Shown here one piece after another: positions 1 through 8,251 of a stretch of 64,000 bases of DNA; the stretch's first letter is position 1; each line of letters starts with the position of its first letter. The notes under the pieces were generated by a model. It saw only the letters and a program-made list of their open reading frames with translations. It was not told the DNA's origin and did no database searches. A program made the position numbers and the translations under genes. The stretch lies in contig CAWIIB010000009.1 in the NCBI GenBank assembly GCA_963836075.1, positions 3,200,001 to 3,264,000 of the forward strand. The letters run 5' to 3'. Source of the stretch: an uncultured Acidobacteriota bacterium (lineage in GTDB: Bacteria > Acidobacteriota > JAQAZP01).

Positions 1-1169
1 CCGTAGCTGCCGGCATACTCGGCCAGCGCTTCGGCGTCCAGCACCACCGGGTCCACCCGGGCCGTGAGGATCCGTCCGGCCTGCTTCAGTTCTGCTGCCC
101 GTTGGGGGGTCTCCGCTTTTTCGGCCAGGCGCTTGAGCGCCTCGATGTGCGCGGTGTCCAGGGCCTTGTCCGCCGGCACCGCGATGTCCGGCTCCACACC
201 GCTGCCCTCCCAGTTGGTCCCGGTGATCGGGTTCACCGCCCGGCCAAAGGGCAGGGACATGGAGATTCCGATTTCGGGGAAACTGACAAAATTCACCGGA
301 TGGGCACCGCCACCGGTGGTCTCGCCCACCAGGGTGCCCCGTTTCAACGACTTCATGTTGTAACTGAACTCCTCGGCCCCGGAAAAGGTGTAGCTCGAGG
401 TCAGGACATAGAGGTCCACGCCGGTCATCCGCGGGCCCTGCACATGGGCGGCGGTCCAGAACTGGTTGGTGGTGTCCGACTCCCTGATATAGAAGCTGTT
501 CAGGTGGGTCGGCTGATCCACAAAGTAGCTGGTGATCAGCTGGATCAGTGAGGGGTCGCCGCCGCCGTTGCCCCGCAGATCAAAGATGACCGCGTCGCAG
601 TGGGCCAGAAAATTCATTGCCGCCACGGCCGTGGGGCCGGAGATCTCGGCGCCGGTGAAGCTGTTCAGCCGCAGGTAGCCCACGTTGCCCTCGAGGATCT
701 CGATCTTCTGGAAATCAAAGTTGCGGCGCCGCTGACTGTCCAGTTGCTGCTGCAACTGGCGCTCCTCCTCGGCAGTCTCCGGCTCTCCGGGCCCGCCCTC
801 CCCGGGCAGCCCGGTGTACATCACCGCCAGGTGCCGGTCGTGGCTGATGTCCCGCAGGTCCTCGGTGAGGGTGGCGCAGAATCGCGGACCGTTGTCCATG
901 CCGTCATAGGCCCCGCTCTCCAGCCGTTGCCGGATGCGGGCGGCCATCTTCTCGGCGGTGTCGAGGAAGACGTAGGTCTTGAGCAGGGCGGCGGAGACCT
1001 CGTCCACCGCCGCGGCCCGCTGGTCGGCGCTGATGGGCGCCTGGCCCTGCACCCGCATCATCACCTGGGCCGTGGTCAGCTGGGGCAGTCCCAGGACCAG
1101 GATCAGTACCAGGGCCGGCCAGCGGCCGGCAATAAGACAGCTCTTCCAGTTCTTTTCAATCGGGTTCAT
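1..1169 (-). CDS. S41 family peptidase (IRBP-like) with signal peptide; 3' end runs off the window
   Basis: Translated by hand from ATG at 1169 (GAGGGAG RBS): MNPIEKNWKSCLIAGRWPALVLILVLG...KTYVFLDTAEKMA...VIFDLRGNGGGDP...TFSGAEEFSYNMKSLKRGTLVGETTGGGAHP, which are S41 hallmark motifs. Not in the ORF track because it is open at the edge. Confidence 0.9.
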   Translation of the reverse strand, partial: MNPIEKNWKSCLIAGRWPALVLILVLGLPQLTTAQVMMRVQGQAPISADQRAAAVDEVSAALLKTYVFLDTAEKMAARIRQRLESGAYDGMDNGPRFCATLTEDLRDISHDRHLAVMYTGLPGEGGPGEPETAEEERQLQQQLDSQRRRNFDFQKIEILEGNVGYLRLNSFTGAEISGPTAVAAMNFLAHCDAVIFDLRGNGGGDPSLIQLITSYFVDQPTHLNSFYIRESDTTNQFWTAAHVQGPRMTGVDLYVLTSSYTFSGAEEFSYNMKSLKRGTLVGETTGGGAHPVNFVSFPEIGISMSLPFGRAVNPITGTNWEGSGVEPDIAVPADKALDTAHIEALKRLAEKAETPQRAAELKQAGRILTARVDPVVLDAEALAEYAGSY

Positions 1170-1259
1170 GGTCAGCTCCCTCTGTTCGGAAATCCGCCGG
1201 CTCAGGCATCTGCCGGATCAGCTGGGGACACACCCCGCAATTCATCATTCTCTAGTTTC

Positions 1260-1286
1260 ATAACGTCCGGGCCGGCTGAGGGTTCC
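1260..1286 (-). promoter_or_regulatory. Putative ECF-sigma promoter for the S41 peptidase gene
   Basis: Minus strand reads GGAAC-N16-CGTTAT, the typical ECF -35 AAC / -10 CGT layout, about 90 bp upstream of the start codon. Confidence 0.45.
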
Positions 1287-1350
1287 CCGCTAATTAATAC
1301 GATTCGCATTATATTTGAAAATGTCCCTCGCCGACAGTGCGGGTCGCGGG

Positions 1351-3060
1351 TCATGGCGCCAGGTCGGACCGCAGGTAGACCGCCAGGGTGTAGGTGATGG
1401 ACGGGTGCTGGTGGGAGAAGAGCATCTGGAAACGATACCCGCTCTGGAACCGCTGGTGGGCGAAGAGCCTCCGGTCGGCCATGGTGCCCGGTTCCAGCCG
1501 TCCGGGGTCGATGGGCCGGGGCAGGCCGCGGGGGCCCACCATGGTGATCACCACCGCTTCCGGACGCTGGTCGAGGATGTGGGCCGGGTCGTATTCCTTG
1601 TGCAGGAAGCCGCCGGGGCTGTGGGCGATCACCCGGTCAGTGAGCCCGCTGATGTCCAGCACCCGCAGTCCGGGGTTGAGGAAGCCCACCAGCCCGATAT
1701 CCATCAGGGCCACCGTTCCCCCGGCGGGAACCGGGCCTGACCCCCCCAGCCAGCGGGCCAGGGCCAGGTGCCCCTCGCGGTAACCGGCCTCGCGCACCGC
1801 CAGGCGCCGGCGGAGTTCCGAGCGCGGCTGCCAGGCCTGGAGCTGGCCGGCCAGCAGCAGGCCGGTGGCCAGGTAGACGGCCCAGGTGCGCACCGCCCAT
1901 GCCTGGTGATTGCGGAAGAGCAGAGCCAGCAGGGCCAGGGCACCCAGTGATTCCACGGCGGCCATGGCCGGGATGGTGGGAGCCACCAGCCGGAATCCGG
2001 GCATCCAGTCCGAGCCGGTGAAGATAAAGGAGGCCAGGTGGACCAGCACCAGCGCCGCGGCCGGCCAGAGCGGGGCGGAGCGCCGTCCGGCCCGCAGCAG
2101 AGCGGCGAGGCCTGCGGCCAGCGGCACGAGGAACAGACCATAGCGGCCGAAAAAACTGGCCAGGTAGGCGGACCAGGACTGGCCGGCAAACCCGCCCAGT
2201 TTGGCGTAATAGGTGTTGGGCAGCAGCTGGCCGTCGAAGTAGAAGTAGCGGAAGAGGGACCAGAGCGCGGCCGCGGCCAGCACTGCGGCCAGGGTGATCA
2301 GCGGCTGGCGCAGGCGGCGGCGAGAAGCCGCCAGGCCGGCCAGCAGCGCACCGGCAGCCGCGGCACCGGCCAGCAGCGCACCCTCCGGCCGGGTCAGCGC
2401 GGCCAGGGCCAGCAGCACGGCCGAGCCGCGCCACCGGCCGCTGCGCCACTCCACGGCCAATGCCCAGAGGCCGCAGGTCAGCAGGGCGGCCAGCAGGGTG
2501 GTCTCCAGGCCGGTCATGGCCGCCGCGGCCAGCGGAGTGGATCCGGCAGCCAGGGCCACCGGCAAGAGGGCCAGCCAGCGGGCGGCGGACCCCCACTCCG
2601 GCCAGGCGCGCAGGGTTTCCCGGGCCAGCCCGTGCAGGCCGGCCAGCGCGGCCAGGCCGCAGAGGAGACCCACGCTCTTTCCAGCGGCCAGCGCTGCCGC
2701 CAGCGTCCATCCGGTCAGGGAGAGGACCAGGGAGAAGAGCAGCACCTGCAGCGGGTTGCTGAACCCCTCGACATATTCGCCGGGATTGTAGGTCAGGCCG
2801 TTTCCGTGGGCCAGATTCCAGCTGTAGCGGAAGGAGATGAACGCGTCGTCGTTGATCACCCGGCCCAGGGAGAGCGCGTGCGCGGTGTAGAGCAGCAGGA
2901 TCAGTCCGAAGAGGACCCAGACGGCGCTGGTCATCCTCATCTCCCCAGGCACTGGTTGGGAAAAAGCCGGAGGCGATGGCTTCTCCGCTGTCGCCGCAGG
3001 GCGTGCTGCAGCTGGATTCTTCCCCTGGCCAGCTTTTTTCTTCGCCTTTCCACGGGCCAT
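1351..3060 (-). CDS. Multi-pass membrane GT-C-type glycosyltransferase-like protein
   Basis: DDAFISFRYSWNLAHGNGLTYNPGEYVEGFSNPL, GLET, TRPEG, PNTYYAK, DWMPGFR and DISGLTD motifs, with many transmembrane segments. Confidence 0.75.
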   Translation of the reverse strand: MARGKAKKKAGQGKNPAAARPAATAEKPSPPAFSQPVPGEMRMTSAVWVLFGLILLLYTAHALSLGRVINDDAFISFRYSWNLAHGNGLTYNPGEYVEGFSNPLQVLLFSLVLSLTGWTLAAALAAGKSVGLLCGLAALAGLHGLARETLRAWPEWGSAARWLALLPVALAAGSTPLAAAAMTGLETTLLAALLTCGLWALAVEWRSGRWRGSAVLLALAALTRPEGALLAGAAAAGALLAGLAASRRRLRQPLITLAAVLAAAALWSLFRYFYFDGQLLPNTYYAKLGGFAGQSWSAYLASFFGRYGLFLVPLAAGLAALLRAGRRSAPLWPAAALVLVHLASFIFTGSDWMPGFRLVAPTIPAMAAVESLGALALLALLFRNHQAWAVRTWAVYLATGLLLAGQLQAWQPRSELRRRLAVREAGYREGHLALARWLGGSGPVPAGGTVALMDIGLVGFLNPGLRVLDISGLTDRVIAHSPGGFLHKEYDPAHILDQRPEAVVITMVGPRGLPRPIDPGRLEPGTMADRRLFAHQRFQSGYRFQMLFSHQHPSITYTLAVYLRSDLAP

Positions 3061-5117
3061 CAGCGGGCGCTCCCGTCACTGTTTTCCAGAATCCTCAGCC
3101 GGTTCCGTATCTCTGTCGCCTGGGCCGGCGGCAGGCTGAAACGTTCCAACATCCCCCGGTAGAGCGTCGCGCTCTCCTGCCATCGCCCGGTCTGGGCCTT
3201 GAGGTCGGCCAGGGCGATGTGAAAGCGCAGCTCTCCGGGATCGGCGGCCAGGGCGGCGGCGAGGTGGAGTTCCGCCTCGCCGGGGTTTTGCCGGCGGTAC
3301 AGGTCAAAGAGCCCCCGGTAGTAGCGCCACAGTGGATGGCCGGGGAACAGTTTTTCGGCCCGGGCCAGCCGGGCCAGGAATTCCTCGTCCGTGGCCCCGG
3401 TGAGGGAGGCCTGCAGCAGGCTGTCGTGGATCTGGCTGTCGCCGGCATCGAAGGAGACCGCCTGTTCCAGCCAGGTGGAGGCCTCCACGAAATTCTGCCG
3501 GGCGATGTGCAGCAGGCCAAGATTGTAGCAGGGCAGTGCGCTGTTCCGCGGGGCTGACGACCATCGGGGGCCGGCCGCCGCCTCCAGGGCGCGTTGCAGA
3601 TGCGCCTCCGCCTCCTGGAAGCGGCCGGTGAGACGGTAGAGTTCTCCGATATTGTTCAGCGCCACGGGGTCGTCGGGCAGGATCTCCAGCGAGTGGAGCA
3701 GCAGGTGCTCGGCCTCCCCCAGGTCCCCCTCGTCCATCCGGATCGAAGCGGCCCGGAGGGTGAGCACCACGCTGTCTGGCTGTCGTTCGACGTCGGTGAG
3801 AAACAGCGTCCGGTTGTCGCGCCACTGGGGCCCGCGGGACATGGCGGTGACCGCTGAAGCGGTCAGCCACAGCGCGGCCAGGCCCAGGGCGTGGACCCGC
3901 CGGCGGCCTTCAGGACGGGTCGTCCGGTTCTCACCGGCCGTTGTCCGGGGACGGCGCAGCAGCCAGGCCGCGGCAACGGCCAGGGCAAAGCTGGGGGTGA
4001 AGAGCAGCCGCTCGCCGAAGATGGTGCCGATGGCCAGGGGGATGTTCGAGGTGAGCAGCGCCGTGCAGTAGAAAAAGGCCACGGCAAAGAAGAGCGGCCG
4101 GCAGCGGCGCCAGGCCAGCAACCCGCCGGTGATCAAGGCGGCGTGACCGGCCAGGGCCAGCAGGAACAGCGGGTCGTAGCAGTGGCGGACCAGGCTGATC
4201 GCCTCGAAGGAGTAGTCGCTGCAGAGCCGGAAGGGGAAGAGGATCAGCAGCAGCTGGTAGAAGAGCAGTTTCAGGCCGGTGATCACCCGGATCACGGTAT
4301 CGGCGTAAGCCAAAGGGTTCACCGGGTAGTAGACGGTTGCCGGGCCCGCCGAGGCACCTTTGCCGAGGGCGGAGAAGCGCAGCAGCAGGTAGGCCGCCGC
4401 GGGCAGGAGATACCAGACAGATGATCTCAGGGCGCCGGTGACCAGCGCCCGGACAGGTTTTTCGTTGCCCCGGTTCACGGCCAGGTCCCAGAGAACCAGC
4501 ACCGGCAACCAGGCCAGGGCACTCTCCTTGCTGGCCGCGGCGCAGAAGAAACAGGCCAGGGCCAGGGGGAGCCCCACGGCCCGGCCGAAGTTGAGCAGAC
4601 GGTAGTCCCGGGCGTGGAGCCAGAGAACAGTGATTCCGAAGAGGAAGGCCAGCAGTTCGGCGCGGCCAACCACGTTGGCCACGGCCTCGCTGTGCACCGC
4701 GTGGAGGGCGAAAAACAGCGAGCCCCAGAGCGCTCCGGTCCCGCAGCCGGTGAGCCGCCGCAGCAGCCGGTAGACCGGCGGCAGGCAGAGAGCGTAGAGC
4801 AGCAGGTTCACCAGGTGGTAGCCGAAGGGGGCCGTCCCGTGGAGCGCATACTGCAGGCCGAAGGTGAGCATGGTCAGCGGCCGGTAGAGCTGGTCGCCGT
4901 AGCCTTGCTGTCCGGCCCACCAGCCGGAGGCCCAGTAGCGGGAGAGGGGGGTAAGGCTGCGGACCAGGGGGTTGTCGCCGATGATCGCTTCATCGTCGAG
5001 GGTCAGGCCGTTGGGCAGGGTGTTGGCGAAGAGCAGGAACGCGGCACCGGAGAGGATCAGGATGGTGGCCCACCCGGGGAGGCCTCCGGCGCTGTTCCTG
5101 GTGTTGCCGTTGATCAT
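3060..5117 (-). CDS. TMTC-like GT-C glycosyltransferase (protein O-mannosyltransferase-like) with C-terminal TPR repeats
   Basis: LDD, YRPL, HSEAVANVVGRAELL, SKE, GERLLFTP and WRDNRTLF motifs followed by TPRs (ALNNIGELY, YNLGLLH). ATG at 5117 overlaps the upstream stop as ATGA. Confidence 0.85.
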   Translation of the reverse strand: MINGNTRNSAGGLPGWATILILSGAAFLLFANTLPNGLTLDDEAIIGDNPLVRSLTPLSRYWASGWWAGQQGYGDQLYRPLTMLTFGLQYALHGTAPFGYHLVNLLLYALCLPPVYRLLRRLTGCGTGALWGSLFFALHAVHSEAVANVVGRAELLAFLFGITVLWLHARDYRLLNFGRAVGLPLALACFFCAAASKESALAWLPVLVLWDLAVNRGNEKPVRALVTGALRSSVWYLLPAAAYLLLRFSALGKGASAGPATVYYPVNPLAYADTVIRVITGLKLLFYQLLLILFPFRLCSDYSFEAISLVRHCYDPLFLLALAGHAALITGGLLAWRRCRPLFFAVAFFYCTALLTSNIPLAIGTIFGERLLFTPSFALAVAAAWLLRRPRTTAGENRTTRPEGRRRVHALGLAALWLTASAVTAMSRGPQWRDNRTLFLTDVERQPDSVVLTLRAASIRMDEGDLGEAEHLLLHSLEILPDDPVALNNIGELYRLTGRFQEAEAHLQRALEAAAGPRWSSAPRNSALPCYNLGLLHIARQNFVEASTWLEQAVSFDAGDSQIHDSLLQASLTGATDEEFLARLARAEKLFPGHPLWRYYRGLFDLYRRQNPGEAELHLAAALAADPGELRFHIALADLKAQTGRWQESATLYRGMLERFSLPPAQATEIRNRLRILENSDGSAR

Positions 5118-7129
5118 GCCTCCAGCAACCCCTCGTCGAGCATCATCCGCACCAGCCGCTCCCCCAGACCATGGTCCGGCGGATCCACCGGTCCCGCCGC
5201 TTCCACTGCCTCCTCCCAGGCGCGCACCCCGTCGCACTGATCGATGATCGCCATGGCCAGGTCGGACAGGGGCCGGCAGTGATACCCGTCCCCCGTGGCT
5301 GCCCTCCACCGCGGTCCGGCAGCGACAAAGCTGAGCGGGCTGGACGGTTCCTTGCCCTCCACCGGAACCGCCGGGTCAAAGGCCTGGAGGCGGAGCCTGG
5401 TCAGCCCCGGGGGCGGCCGGAGCACCAGCCCCGGTTTGAGAACTGTACCCCGCGGTGCCTGCGCCGACGGGGGAGCAGGCGGGTCGCCGTGATAGTGCGC
5501 CAGGTAGAGGAAATCGTGAACCGCGGTGCCCGGGGTAAGACAGGGGCCCATGGCCGCCCCGGCCTCGCGAACCAGCCGCCAGCGCTGCTCCTCCCACGGT
5601 TCCTCCGACGGGAGGTCGCCGTCGCCAGGGTCGCGGCCGAAACCCGGCGCCGCCCCGGGCACGGGGGCGGTGGCATCGTTGTAGAGATCCGGGGAACTGC
5701 CGCCATAGGCCGGGCCCCGGCGGCCCGACCGCACCACCCGGCAGGAGAAGGAGAACCCGGGGACGGAAACCAGTGCCCGGTTCCCGGCAAAAAAGCCGCT
5801 CAGCGGCTGGGCCACCGCCGTCCCGCCGGCCTCTTCGTCCAGCCGGCAGTGCAGGTGGACGCCGATGCCTGCCGGCGGAGCACACTTCACCGACCGGCGG
5901 GCCTGCTCCAGTATGTCGTCGCTCTGCCCCAGGGCTTCCGGTCCAACCAGCAGCTGCAGCTTCACACAGCCTCCTTCGGCCAGGCGGCGGCAGTGTGCAT
6001 CGTCGGGAAGAGCTGACCGGCCCAGGGTGGCAAACCAGGATGTCGGGGAAGCTTCCCTGCCCAGCCGGGCGGCCACGGCTTCGGCGGTGGGGCTGTCCAG
6101 CGCGCCGGTGAGCAAAAAATGACGGACGTGGTGCCGGGAGGAGAGGGTGATGATCTGCTCGGCCGACCTGCTGGATGCGCGCACCGGCAGCACCGGGTGC
6201 GGGCTGAGGTAGCGGTCCAGCTGGAGCCCGCCATAGGAGGGCCCGGGCAGTTCCTCGGGGGACAGCACCCGGCGGGCCGACAGCACAGGCGGGCCGTCCG
6301 GATCGCCCTCCTGCAGACCGGGCACCTCGTCCAGCGGACCGGTTTCCATGGCCCGGGCCAGCCGCAGCACCGGCTCCTCAAGCCGGCCGCTGATCATCAC
6401 GTCGATGGCATCACCCCAGCCGGTCTCCGCAACCGGCCGGCCGAGCAGCTCCTCCGACATCCACCCGGCCATGGCCGTCCGGACCCCGGGCAACTGCCGG
6501 CGCACCTGGCGCAGCAGGGTCAGGGCAGGCAGAAGCTGACTCTGGTAGTCGGCCAGCACCACCAGCAGTCCGGGTGGATCCCCGGCGATGGAGGGAATAA
6601 ACGCCTCCTGGAAGATCGTGGCCAGCAGCCGTTCTTCGCCGCCGGCCGGCTCTTCCGCCGGTCCATTGGGCACCCGGTCGCCCCCTGCCGAACGGTGGCC
6701 GTGCATCCTGAACCAGCAGGGGGACCAGGCCAGGGAAACCGCTCTCAGCGCTTCCTCGATCACCCGTATCGCCGAGCGGTACTCCTCCAGCCGGTAGAAG
6801 CGGGCCGGGTCGCGCATGGTCCGCTGCGCCTCCCCGACCAGTGCGGCCAGGGCCGGCAACCGGAGCGAGGCACCCACCAGCGATTCATGGAACAGCGCGG
6901 TTTCGCCGTCAATCCGCTCGCTTTGCTCGATCTCCTCGATGCGCCGCTGCGCCTCCCGGCCAGTGCGCTCGAGCCACGCCGGCTCGATCAGGCGGGTGAT
7001 GGTCTCCAGGTTGAGGTCCCGTTGCCGGCAGTCCACGCCCTCCGCCTCAAAAAAGCCGGTGAGGGCGGCGATGTTCAGCGGCGGCATGAACGGTTGCCGC
7101 CAGGGCGGATAGATCAGCAGGGTATTCAT
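5114..7129 (-). CDS. B12-binding radical-SAM-like protein lacking the CxxxCxxC motif, with a C-terminal PqqD/RRE-like segment
   Basis: N-terminus LLIYPP...PPLNIAAL...DLN and LPGPSYGGLQLDRYLSPHPVLPV match the B12-rSAM scaffold. PVRASS joins directly to RSAEQI with no cysteine motif. C-terminus has LSDLAMAIIDQCDGVR. Confidence 0.7.
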   Translation of the reverse strand: MNTLLIYPPWRQPFMPPLNIAALTGFFEAEGVDCRQRDLNLETITRLIEPAWLERTGREAQRRIEEIEQSERIDGETALFHESLVGASLRLPALAALVGEAQRTMRDPARFYRLEEYRSAIRVIEEALRAVSLAWSPCWFRMHGHRSAGGDRVPNGPAEEPAGGEERLLATIFQEAFIPSIAGDPPGLLVVLADYQSQLLPALTLLRQVRRQLPGVRTAMAGWMSEELLGRPVAETGWGDAIDVMISGRLEEPVLRLARAMETGPLDEVPGLQEGDPDGPPVLSARRVLSPEELPGPSYGGLQLDRYLSPHPVLPVRASSRSAEQIITLSSRHHVRHFLLTGALDSPTAEAVAARLGREASPTSWFATLGRSALPDDAHCRRLAEGGCVKLQLLVGPEALGQSDDILEQARRSVKCAPPAGIGVHLHCRLDEEAGGTAVAQPLSGFFAGNRALVSVPGFSFSCRVVRSGRRGPAYGGSSPDLYNDATAPVPGAAPGFGRDPGDGDLPSEEPWEEQRWRLVREAGAAMGPCLTPGTAVHDFLYLAHYHGDPPAPPSAQAPRGTVLKPGLVLRPPPGLTRLRLQAFDPAVPVEGKEPSSPLSFVAAGPRWRAATGDGYHCRPLSDLAMAIIDQCDGVRAWEEAVEAAGPVDPPDHGLGERLVRMMLDEGLLEA

Positions 7130-7219
7130 TCAGACCTTCTGCAGTGGATTGCCGGTTTCCGTTGGTAAGTATAGCCCGTTCCGCCGAAGCGGACCAAGGG
7201 CCCCGGGACGATCCGCGGA

Positions 7220-7248
7220 TTGACGCCCGGGGTCCCATTGCCTATGCT
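7220..7248 (+). promoter_or_regulatory. Putative sigma70 promoter of the agmatinase gene
   Basis: TTGACG-N17-TATGCT, 23 bp before the ATG. Confidence 0.5.
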
Positions 7249-7271
7249 TTCACCGAGGTGTTGAACAGATC

Positions 7272-8105
7272 ATGGCCCTGGACCTTGCCAGCCTGCGGCC
7301 AGGGATGGCTTCTCTGCTCGGCCTGCCCCTGGACCGCAACTCGTCGTTCATGCGCGGGCCCGCCGAAGCGCCGGCCCGAATCAGGCAACTGCTGCACTGC
7401 GGGTCGAGCAACTATTGCTGCGAGAACGGTCTGGATCTGAGTGCATCGTCCGGCTGGCTCGACCTGGGCGACATCTGGCTGGAGGGCTGCGACGATCCCT
7501 TCATCCCCATCGCGGATGCCGCTTCACAAATCGTCGACACCGGGGCCCGGCTGGTGGCCCTGGGCGGCGACCACTCGGTGACCCTGCCGCTGCTCCGCGC
7601 CCATGCCGCAAAGCACACCGCCCTCAATGTCCTGCACCTCGACGCCCACGCCGACATGTATGACCAGCTGGAGGGGAACCGATACTCCCACGCCTGTCCG
7701 ATGCTGCGGGCCCTGGAGGAGGGACTGGTGGGCCGGCTGGTGCAGGCCGGCATCCGCACCCTGCGCCCGGTGGACCGTGAGCGCATCTCCCGCCATGGCG
7801 TGGAGGTGATGGAGATGCGGCACTGGGAACGGGGCTGGCGGCCGTCGTTTGACGGGCCGGTCTACCTCAGCCTCGACCTCGACTGCCTCGACCCGGCCTT
7901 TGCCCCCGGTGTCTCGCACCACGAGCCGGGCGGCTTCGCCACCCGCGACGTCATCCGGATGATCCAGCAACTGGACCAGCCGTTGCTGGGCGCCGACCTG
8001 GTGGAGTTCAACCCCCGCCGGGATCCCGACGGAGTGACCGCCATGGTGGCGGTGAAGCTGCTCAAGGAAATCCTGGGGAAGATGATAGAAGAAGAGGGAC
8101 GGTAA
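7272..8105 (+). CDS. speB: Agmatinase (arginase/ureohydrolase family)
   Basis: GGDHSVT, HLDAHAD, SHACP and SLDLDCLDPAFAPG metal-binding motifs. Confidence 0.85.
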   Translation: MALDLASLRPGMASLLGLPLDRNSSFMRGPAEAPARIRQLLHCGSSNYCCENGLDLSASSGWLDLGDIWLEGCDDPFIPIADAASQIVDTGARLVALGGDHSVTLPLLRAHAAKHTALNVLHLDAHADMYDQLEGNRYSHACPMLRALEEGLVGRLVQAGIRTLRPVDRERISRHGVEVMEMRHWERGWRPSFDGPVYLSLDLDCLDPAFAPGVSHHEPGGFATRDVIRMIQQLDQPLLGADLVEFNPRRDPDGVTAMVAVKLLKEILGKMIEEEGR

Positions 8106-8119
8106 CGTCCGTCTTCTTC

Positions 8120-8244
8120 TGTCATCGCGAGGAGTCGGCGAAGCCGACGACGTGGCGATCTCGTGCGAGCCGAGAAAAAGGGGACAGCCGTTCGACTGTC
8201 CCCTTGAGATTGCTTCGTCGCCCTTCAGGCTCCTCGCAATGACA
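8120..8244. repeat. Palindromic REP/REPIN-like element with a nested hairpin, between convergent genes
   Basis: Arms TGTCATCGCGAGGAG...CTCCTCGCAATGACA. Internal CGACGTGGCGATCTC pairs imperfectly with GAGATTGCTTCGTCG. Central AAGGGGACAG/CTGTCCCCTT hairpin at 8178-8205. Confidence 0.75.
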
Positions 8245-8251
8245 GGAATAC

